From contig JANOQV010000146.1 in the NCBI GenBank assembly GCA_031414955.1, positions 1 through 64,000 on the forward strand: a stretch of 64,000 bases of DNA, written 5' to 3'. Under the pieces are notes generated by a model. It was given only the letters and a program-made list of their open reading frames with translations. It was not told the origin of the DNA and ran no database searches. The position numbers and the translations under genes are program-made. Positions 57,111 through 64,000 of the stretch are shown here, piece by piece. Position 1 is the stretch's first letter, and every line of letters starts with the position of its first letter. Origin of the DNA: Pedosphaera sp. (GTDB lineage: Bacteria > Verrucomicrobiota > Verrucomicrobiia > Limisphaerales > SIBH01).

Positions 57111-57884
57111 CTATTTCCCGCGCCAGTCTTGGGGCCAGCGGTGGCGCCGGTAGTCGAGGCAAGACCGGGCCAGCGCGCGAGCCTCCTCGTCCAGCTTCTT
57201 CTTGCCCAAGTAAGCGAGGAGAAAACGCAATCGCTCCGCCCGCGAGGAGAGCTTCACCGCCGCCTTGTCGAGCGAGGCCAGATCGCGCAGGCATGGCCGC
57301 TCACGCCCGACTCGGGCGAAAAATCCGCGCGGGCAATCGATGAGAAAGAGCCGGGGCGCATCCGGCTGGGCGAGGCTCACCAGAACATTTCGCCAGACAA
57401 AATCGCTGTGGTAGAAGCCCGCCTTGTGCAGGCGCCGCGCCAGCTCTGCCAGTTCGCGCGTGAGGCGGTGGCGTTGGGCCTGCGGCGGTTTCGTCTGCAT
57501 GAATTTGTCCAGTTCCACGGCCTGCGGCACGGCGCGGGTGAGAATGAAGGCACGTTGCAACAGCCCCCAAAAATTCCGCTGCTCTCCGCACACGATGCGC
57601 TCGGCGGAAGGAATCCCCAGGCGCTCGAAGACCGCGTAGTTGTCGAATTCGCGCCGCGCTTTGGAGGGTCGGAACCAGAACGTCCAACCGCTCTGCTGGT
57701 GATGGTAGAGCTTGAAAAAAGCATCCACGCTGCCGCCGGGCGCGGGCACCGGCACGCGCTTGACCGTCATCTTGGCCAGTCGCTCATAGTGGGGCAGGCA
57801 ATGGTTGAAGACGCGCTCGAAGCTGGTCCAGCCCAGAGCCGCCAAGTCGTTTGCGAACTTCGGGTTAACGAAGAGCCGCGTCAT
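57111..57884 (-). CDS. Lipopolysaccharide kinase (Kdo/WaaP/InaA) family protein
   Basis: FFKLY, SKARREF.N, LH..G.YH.D..RNVL, LID, DLA.L. Confidence 0.85.
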   Translation of the reverse strand: MTRLFVNPKFANDLAALGWTSFERVFNHCLPHYERLAKMTVKRVPVPAPGGSVDAFFKLYHHQQSGWTFWFRPSKARREFDNYAVFERLGIPSAERIVCGEQRNFWGLLQRAFILTRAVPQAVELDKFMQTKPPQAQRHRLTRELAELARRLHKAGFYHSDFVWRNVLVSLAQPDAPRLFLIDCPRGFFARVGRERPCLRDLASLDKAAVKLSSRAERLRFLLAYLGKKKLDEEARALARSCLDYRRHRWPQDWRGK

Positions 57885-58132
57885 GCTTGCTGGGTTGCCG
57901 CCATGTTCCGTACACGGGGCAAGTATTCGGAGTGGAGCGGGTGCGTGCAAAAGCTTTTTCCGGCCCAAGGCGGAAAGTGGGCGTCATGCCCCGGCGGCTG
58001 GACCGGGGTGGTCCGGGTCAGATGCGCCCCACGCGCCTGGGGAATCGAAACAAAGATTGAACGGCCGAGACCACTTTGTAAGCTGGCGCCCTCTCTGGCC
58101 CCGGCACCGGAGGCAACACAGGAAATACAATT

Positions 58133-58768
58133 ATGGCACTGCGACTTGGCGACGAAGCACCAAACTTTACGGCGGACACCACCGAGGGACGCCTCGACTT
58201 TCACCAATGGCTCGGCTCCGGCTGGGGCGTGCTCTTCTCGCACCCGGCCGATTACACGCCGGTCTGCACCACCGAACTGGGCGCGGTGGCCAAGATCAAG
58301 GGCGAGTTTGACCGGCGGAATTGCAAGGTCATCGCCGTGAGCGTCGATCCCCTCCAAGCTCATCACGGCTGGATTCAGGACATCAACGAGACGCAGCAGA
58401 CGACGATGAATTTCCCCATCATCGCCGACCCCACGCGCGAGGTGGCCGCGCTCTATGACATGATTCATCCCAACGCTGACAACACTTTCACCGTCCGCTC
58501 AGTCTTCGTCATCGGCCCGGACAAGAAGGTCAAACTCACCCTCACTTACCCGGCCTCGACGGGACGGAACTTTCTCGAATTGTTGCGCGTGATCGATTCC
58601 CTGCAACTGACGGCCAAGTTCAAGGTGGCCACTCCGGCCAACTGGCAGGAGGGGCAGGACTGCATCATCGTGACGGCGGTAAAGGACGAGGAAATCCCCG
58701 CGCACTTTCCCAAGGGCCATCGCCAGGTGAAGCCCTACTTGCGCTACACTCCCCAGCCGAACAAGTAG
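58133..58768 (+). CDS. 1-Cys peroxiredoxin (Prx6 family)
   Basis: FSHPADYTPVCTTELG, YPASTGRNF.E..R, ATPANW. Confidence 0.95.
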   Translation: MALRLGDEAPNFTADTTEGRLDFHQWLGSGWGVLFSHPADYTPVCTTELGAVAKIKGEFDRRNCKVIAVSVDPLQAHHGWIQDINETQQTTMNFPIIADPTREVAALYDMIHPNADNTFTVRSVFVIGPDKKVKLTLTYPASTGRNFLELLRVIDSLQLTAKFKVATPANWQEGQDCIIVTAVKDEEIPAHFPKGHRQVKPYLRYTPQPNK

Positions 58769-59135
58769 CGGGGAGTTTGATCCGGCCACGCTCCGCTCCC
58801 CCGGTTGCAAGGGCTGGGTGCAACACCTGCGTCATCGTGATGGCAGTCCAGTGCTTTGGAGGGAGGGATGACGTTGGTCTGGACCTGCGTGTATCTCTGC
58901 GTTGCTCTGGCTCAGGTGTGCGCGGTGAGTTCGTCGCGAAGCCGGAGGGCCGTCCTTAATTTATCCCGGCTCCTGGCCATCGCGATGATGGCACCAACTC
59001 CAAGCCACGCTGCTCGGTCTTTCAAATTGCACTCGCTGGAGATTGCGTGGAATGCCTTGGAGCGGAGGGTGGCGTTGCTCCTGCGCATCCGCTTGCTCCG
59101 CCGTAGTTGAAGGAACAGCGCGCCACCCCGCCTCA

Positions 59136-59717
59136 TCACTCCAACCGTCGCAGCACCCGCACCCGCTCCCGGCCTTCGCGTCCCAGGAAGGCCACCTCCG
59201 GCACGTAATCCTCCACGATGTCGTAGCCATCCGCAAAGAGCGCCGTTAGATCCGCCACGCTGAACGGGAAGGGAGGCCCTTCTTCACCCGGATCGAGATC
59301 CGGATTGATGAACCACACTCCGATCAACAGGCCGCCCCGCCGCAGCGTCAGGTCAATGCCGCGCCGGTAGTCCGCCCGCAGCGTCGGGGGCAACGCGCTC
59401 ATGCAAGTGTGTTCCAGCACCACATCGTAGGTGCCGCGCATCTCGTCCGGCGGATCAAACAGACTTCCCGTCACGAATCGCTCCGCCAGATGCGGATATC
59501 GCGCGCGCGCCTCCGCAATCCCCGTCGGAGCGATGTCCAACCCGGTTGCGTCCAATCCATGCATCACCGCCAGCGCCACCTCATGTCCGCGGCCGCAGCC
59601 GGGCACCAGTGCCCGTCCACGCACCGTCTGCCGTTCCAGATACTGCTTCATCGGCGGGGCCGGGACTCCTTTATCCCAGAACACTTCGCCTTTTTGGTAC
59701 ATTTCGTCCCAGTTCAT
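59136..59717 (-). CDS. TPMT-family SAM-dependent methyltransferase
   Basis: W...Y....WD.G, LVPGCG.G, GLDIAP, EHT..ALPP..R, GPPF. Confidence 0.88.
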   Translation of the reverse strand: MNWDEMYQKGEVFWDKGVPAPPMKQYLERQTVRGRALVPGCGRGHEVALAVMHGLDATGLDIAPTGIAEARARYPHLAERFVTGSLFDPPDEMRGTYDVVLEHTCMSALPPTLRADYRRGIDLTLRRGGLLIGVWFINPDLDPGEEGPPFPFSVADLTALFADGYDIVEDYVPEVAFLGREGRERVRVLRRLE

Positions 59718-60167
59718 AAATCCCATTCACTCGTTCCTGGGCACGATGTCAATGGGCGGAGTAGGCAAAATTGTCGCTGGGAATTCTGATTCCCAGCGAC
59801 GTGATGGCCAGGCTTCTCCTCCAGGGTGGCGCTTGCTGAATCAGATTGAACGAAGTCTCGGTTGCCCGGAAGCAAACACCAAAGCCTGCCTGCGCCGCGC
59901 AGACATCTGCGAGTGCCGACAAGTGGATGGCAGCGGGGATATTGTCGAGGGCAGCGTGGTTTCGAATATCCACTGGGACGGCTCCGGGGCGGCGACCAAG
60001 AGATTACTGATGAGATCGTGGAGTTCGAGCTGGCCAGGCCGCCGCCCCTTCGGGACGCGCATTTTTCGGCGGCCGTAAAGAGCATGTAACCTTTGGCCCT
60101 TCCGGCCCGAATAACCGAGAGTCAAACCGCGCCGCCGCACGGGGCCGGCGCGTATCAAGGAACGAAT

Positions 60168-61103
60168 ATGAAAACTTGGCGGAAGCTGACGGGGTGGATG
60201 TTGTTGATGGCCGGGACGGCTTGGGCCGGGCCGTTGCCGCGCGCGGAGGTTTCGGCCAAGGCGAAGTGGGTGCTGCACCTGGACGCGGAGCAGTTTCGCG
60301 AGAGCAAGGTCGGCCAGCATTACATCGAGAACCTGCTGGTGCAGCAGGTGGACACGGTGCAGTCCCAGATCGGTTTCGACTTCGCGCCCTTCCTCGACTC
60401 GCTGACGTCGGCGACGGTTTACGGCACTGACTTCGCCAAGGGCGAGGAGAACTCGGCGGTCCTGCTGCTGCGGGGCGAGGCTGGCGAGGCGAGGATCATT
60501 GAGGAATTTCTCGCGGCGAACAGCAGCCAGGCGAAGCGGGCCAAGCTGAAACAAATCCAGACCACGCCGTTCCCGCTCTTCCAACTGGAGAAAGCCTTCG
60601 CCGCCCTGCTGACCAACGGCACGGTGGTGATCGGCCGGACGCAGAAGTTGGTGGAGGACGCCTGGGAAGTCGTCGCGGGCAAGCAACTGAATGTCACGAC
60701 GACGACGCGTTTCGTGGAACTGGCGAACACCAATGCTGGTTATGCCTTCGCCGCCGCCGCCGATGGTTTCACCGGCGAAGTGTCCCTGCCAAAGAACTTG
60801 AAAATTTTCCGACAGGTCGAGGGCGTGCAATTGATGATTCGGGAAAGCGCGGCGCATCTCTCCCTCGAAATCGCGCTGAAGACGGGCAGCGCGGAAGTGG
60901 CCACGCAGATCAGGACGGTGGCGGAGGGCTTGCTTGTCCTGGCCAGCACGGAAAGGGCGGAGGACAAGAATCTTCAGGCGCTGACCAGATCAGCGAAGAT
61001 TTCCGCCACTGATCAGACTGTGACCGCCACATTTGAAGTCTCCAACAAGCGGGCCATCGCACTGATGAAGCGCGGCGGCGCGGCACGGGCCGAAGCCAAA
61101 TGA
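60168..61103 (+). CDS. Secreted hypothetical protein
   Basis: Signal peptide ending AWA-G; W.LHLD motif; 4-nt overlap with the next gene. Confidence 0.7.
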   Translation: MKTWRKLTGWMLLMAGTAWAGPLPRAEVSAKAKWVLHLDAEQFRESKVGQHYIENLLVQQVDTVQSQIGFDFAPFLDSLTSATVYGTDFAKGEENSAVLLLRGEAGEARIIEEFLAANSSQAKRAKLKQIQTTPFPLFQLEKAFAALLTNGTVVIGRTQKLVEDAWEVVAGKQLNVTTTTRFVELANTNAGYAFAAAADGFTGEVSLPKNLKIFRQVEGVQLMIRESAAHLSLEIALKTGSAEVATQIRTVAEGLLVLASTERAEDKNLQALTRSAKISATDQTVTATFEVSNKRAIALMKRGGAARAEAK

Positions 61104-63139
61104 TTGCAAAACACTTTTTCCCGCCGGCGCTCGCCGGCCTTGTGCTCTCGATCCTGACGGTGGGAGCGGCCACCACCAAGCCTGACGTTGCGACTCCGGT
61201 CAAAGAAGCACCGCGCATCTTCGCGCCGCATGAACTTGGCATCGGGAGGCTTGTGCCTGACTTGCGCATTCAGCCCACGGCGGGGAAATCGTTCCGCCTC
61301 AGCACGCTCAATTCGGCCAAGGCCACGGTCATCGCCTTCGTCAGCACCAGTTGCCCGGTGAGCAAACGGTTCGCGCCGACGCTGGCGCAGTTGGAGCGGG
61401 ATTACGCAATGCGCGGGGTGAAGTTCGTGTTCATCGACCCGCTGGTTTCCGACACGGCAACCGACATCGCCGCCGCCGTTCGCGTGCATGGTTTCAAAAG
61501 CCCGTTTATGCGCGACGTGGACCGGGAAGTCCGCAATGCGCTCGGAGCGCGCTCCACGACGGAGGTCTTCGTGCTCGATGCGGCGCGCACGCTCGTTTAT
61601 CGCGGCGCAGTGGATGATCAGTACGGCCTCGCCTATTCGCTGGATGCGCCACGTCAGCGTCTCCTGGCTGACGCGCTTGATGCGGTGCTGGCGGGCAAGG
61701 CTCCACGAGTGCAGGCCACGAGCGCGCCGGGTTGCGCGCTGGAGACGACTACGAAGAACATCGCGAGCAGTGCGGTGGATTATCACAGCCGCATCTCGCG
61801 CATCGTGCAGCAGAATTGCCTGGAGTGTCATCACGCAGGCGGCGTCGCGCCGTTCTCGCTGGAGACATACGACGATGTGGCCAGTCACGCCGGGATGATT
61901 CGCAAGGTCGTGGACAAGGGCGTCATGCCGCCGTGGTTCGCCGCGCCGGCAACGGTGGGGCAGGCCAGTCCGTGGGCCAACGACCGCACCTTGCCGGCCG
62001 AGGACAAGCGCGACTTGCTGGCGTGGGTTGAAGGCGGCAAGAAGCCCGGCCATTCCGCTGATGCTCCCTTGCCGCGCGTGTTTTCCAAGGACTGGCAGAT
62101 CGGCACGCCTGACGCGGTGGTTCAGATTCCCAAGCCCATCGTGGTGAAGGCCACGGGCAAAATGCCGTATCAAAATGTGTTCGTGGAAACGTCCTTTGCC
62201 GAGGATCGCTGGGTGCGTGCGATGGAGGTTCGTCCCACGGCCCGCGAGGTGGTGCATCATGTTCTGGTCTTCGTGATTCCGAAGCCGACCAACGAGGTGG
62301 CTGGCGTGACCAAGGCAGCGACGAAGAGGCGCGGTCGTCAGGACGAGGGCGGAAACTTTTTCGCCGTCTATGTGCCGGGCAACAGCGTGATTGATTACCC
62401 GCCGGACTTCGCGAAGTTGCTGCCCGCCGGGGCGACGTTGCATTTCCAGATTCACTACACTCCGAACGGAACGGTGGCGGGCGATCAAACCCGGCTGGGC
62501 CTGGTCTTCTCGCCGAAGCCGCCGCGTCATGAAGTGCGGGTGGCCGGCATCGCCAATCCATTCCTGCGCATTCCGCCCGGTGATGCGAATCATCAAGTGG
62601 ACGCCGTGCTGCCCGTGATGTTTGACGCCAAACTGCTTTCGTTCATGCCGCACATGCACGTTCGCGGGAAGGCGTTCCGTTACGAACTGGGGCAGCTCGA
62701 CGGCTCGAAGAAGCTGCTCCTTGATGTGCCCCGCTACGACTTCAACTGGCAGTTGCAATACAAGCTGGCCGAGCCGGTCGAGGCGCCCTTCGGCAGCAAG
62801 CTGCTCGCGACCGGCTGGTATGACAACAGCGCAAACAATCCCGCCAATCCCGACCCGCTGCGCGAGGTGAAGTGGGGGCCGCAGACCGAGGACGAGATGA
62901 TGCTCGGCTACCTGGAGTATTACGTGCCGAGTCAAAAGCCTGGGGAAAAACTCTCCGTCGGTGAAACGGTCGCGCGGGATGGTTCGTTGATGTTCAACCT
63001 CCTTGACCGCAACCACGACGGGAAAATAACCCGCGACGAAGCGCCCACCGCCGAGGCCTTCCGTCAGGCCGACGCGAACGCTGACGGCTTCGTGACGCGC
63101 GAGGAATTGAAAGTCTATTTGCAGCGCAACAAGCGCTGA
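61100..63139 (+). CDS. Secreted redoxin - c-type heme - copper type II monooxygenase-like - EF-hand fusion protein
   Basis: Redoxin domain (SCP, T.EVFVLD..YRG.VDDQY, GC); CLECH; Cu ligands VVHH, QIHY, PHMH, DEMM; EF-hands DRNHDGKITRDE and DANADGFVTREE. Confidence 0.82.
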   Translation: MIAKHFFPPALAGLVLSILTVGAATTKPDVATPVKEAPRIFAPHELGIGRLVPDLRIQPTAGKSFRLSTLNSAKATVIAFVSTSCPVSKRFAPTLAQLERDYAMRGVKFVFIDPLVSDTATDIAAAVRVHGFKSPFMRDVDREVRNALGARSTTEVFVLDAARTLVYRGAVDDQYGLAYSLDAPRQRLLADALDAVLAGKAPRVQATSAPGCALETTTKNIASSAVDYHSRISRIVQQNCLECHHAGGVAPFSLETYDDVASHAGMIRKVVDKGVMPPWFAAPATVGQASPWANDRTLPAEDKRDLLAWVEGGKKPGHSADAPLPRVFSKDWQIGTPDAVVQIPKPIVVKATGKMPYQNVFVETSFAEDRWVRAMEVRPTAREVVHHVLVFVIPKPTNEVAGVTKAATKRRGRQDEGGNFFAVYVPGNSVIDYPPDFAKLLPAGATLHFQIHYTPNGTVAGDQTRLGLVFSPKPPRHEVRVAGIANPFLRIPPGDANHQVDAVLPVMFDAKLLSFMPHMHVRGKAFRYELGQLDGSKKLLLDVPRYDFNWQLQYKLAEPVEAPFGSKLLATGWYDNSANNPANPDPLREVKWGPQTEDEMMLGYLEYYVPSQKPGEKLSVGETVARDGSLMFNLLDRNHDGKITRDEAPTAEAFRQADANADGFVTREELKVYLQRNKR

Positions 63140-63204
63140 TGGTGGAGTGCGAAAACGCGCATGGTGACAGTGGGGGCAGAAATTCTGTCTGAATTGGACA
63201 TGAT

Positions 63205-63292
63205 TTCTTTCGCCCCGCTGGGGCTGGCGGACCTCCCTCCGCCGACCAATGGCTCACGCCGTGGGCCGCTCTCTACTGCCGCGCTGCGGCTG
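63205..63292. repeat. REP-like multi-hairpin element between convergent genes
   Basis: ttcgccccgctggggct..ggctcacgccgtgggcc..ccgcgctgcggct short GC hairpins. Confidence 0.5.
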
Positions 63293-63308
63293 AATTTGAA
63301 GACGGATC

Positions 63309-63518
63309 TTAAAGCTCATCCTCGCGTTCGGCGTAGAAGAGCTGGTGGGCGTGGTCGTAGCCGGCTTCGGGCACAAACACTTCTGCGATGCGGTTCAGGT
63401 CGTCCTCATCGGTCGATTCGCCCGCCACGAGTTGCTGCGTCGCGTGGATGCCATGCTTCTCCAGCATCATCACGAGCATCTCGGTGTTGATGACCGGGCC
63501 AGTGTAGAAGAGTTTCAT
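63309..63518 (-). CDS. Small DUF2007-like protein
   Basis: MKLFYTG...EML..MLE.HGI.A.....EVFVPE..Y..A..L pattern. Confidence 0.65.
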   Translation of the reverse strand: MKLFYTGPVINTEMLVMMLEKHGIHATQQLVAGESTDEDDLNRIAEVFVPEAGYDHAHQLFYAEREDEL

Positions 63519-63704
63519 TTCAATCGTGACGCCGGACGATGGCGGCAAGCATCAGCTTCATGCTGACGAGCGGAGCATTCCTGGCCTGCATTGGCAAAAC
63601 GAATCGAGATCCGTGGCTGTCGGCGAGGGGCGGTGACGGGGTGGAATTCCAGGCCGGCCGAGAATTTGATTGTGCCGCGCCACGTCTCCGCTAGTGATCT
63701 GCGC

Positions 63705-64000
63705 ATGACTCCAGAGTTGCGTCTCACCGAATTGAAAATCGAGCTGCCGCCGGCGCCCAAGCCGGTCGCGGTTTACAAATCGTTCGTCCAGGTCGGGAAC
63801 ATTGCCTACGTGTCCGGGCACGGCCCGCTTAAGCCCGATCTGACGCTCATGACCGGTCGAGTCGGCAGTGAGGTGGACGGCGCTTTCGGCAAAGCCGCTG
63901 CGCGCCAGACTGGGCTGGCCATTCTGGCCACGCTTCGTGCCCACCTCGGTTCACTCGACCGGGTGCAGCGCGTGGTGAAAGTGCTGGGCATGGTCAACTC
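63705..64000 (+). CDS. RidA/YjgF family protein (runs off the window end)
   Basis: My translation: MTPELRLTELKIELPPAPKPVAVY..VGNIAYVSGHGP..G.VG..AAR..LA.L...LG.LDRV.RVVKVLGMVN; absent from the ORF track because it has no stop in the window. Confidence 0.88.
   Translation, partial: MTPELRLTELKIELPPAPKPVAVYKSFVQVGNIAYVSGHGPLKPDLTLMTGRVGSEVDGAFGKAAARQTGLAILATLRAHLGSLDRVQRVVKVLGMVN

Noticed and set aside
58770..59135. Short ORFs between the peroxiredoxin and methyltransferase genes, and at 59730-60100
   Set aside because: No recognisable motifs or convincing starts; left unannotated.
1..64000. CRISPR array or cas genes
   Set aside because: No regularly spaced identical repeats with unique spacers. 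The repeats present are coding repeats, heptamer runs or palindromes.

Overview
GC-rich bacterial DNA. The gene content suggests Verrucomicrobiota (Pedosphaera/Limisphaera-like); this is inferred from a Ser/Thr kinase with WD40 repeats, a planctomycete-type ECF sigma factor, secreted proteins ending in a short 'STNL..W..F(Y/F)R' domain, and an alpha2-type GlyRS. The main feature is a complete minimal enediyne-type PKS cassette on the minus strand (unbL/E3, unbV/E4, unbU/E5, pksE, thioesterase E10; 24641-35140). No recognisable enediyne tailoring genes lie beside it. It is flanked by a convergent operon of two ABC permeases plus an MMPL/RND exporter, and by a co-oriented 3401-aa secreted protein built as (HYR + 3 copies of an unfamiliar ~175-aa domain) x5. 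A second unusual locus (5772-11566) encodes an M43-type metalloprotease with a dockerin, a Gly-rich secreted protein and a cohesin protein. It is followed by two startless copies of a C-terminal domain that bracket a VapBC-type TA pair. The rest is mostly housekeeping: nfeD-floA, MetE-like, tRNA-Ser(GCT), glyS, a GHMP kinase/UDPGP fusion with galU-like partner, S2P, CorA, a PAS histidine kinase, ECF sigma, Prx6, TPMT-like, a redoxin-heme c-Cu monooxygenase and a partial RidA. Many REP-like palindromes and heptamer repeats occur, several in frame inside genes. All calls come from reading motifs by eye; no database searches were run and several start codons are my choice.
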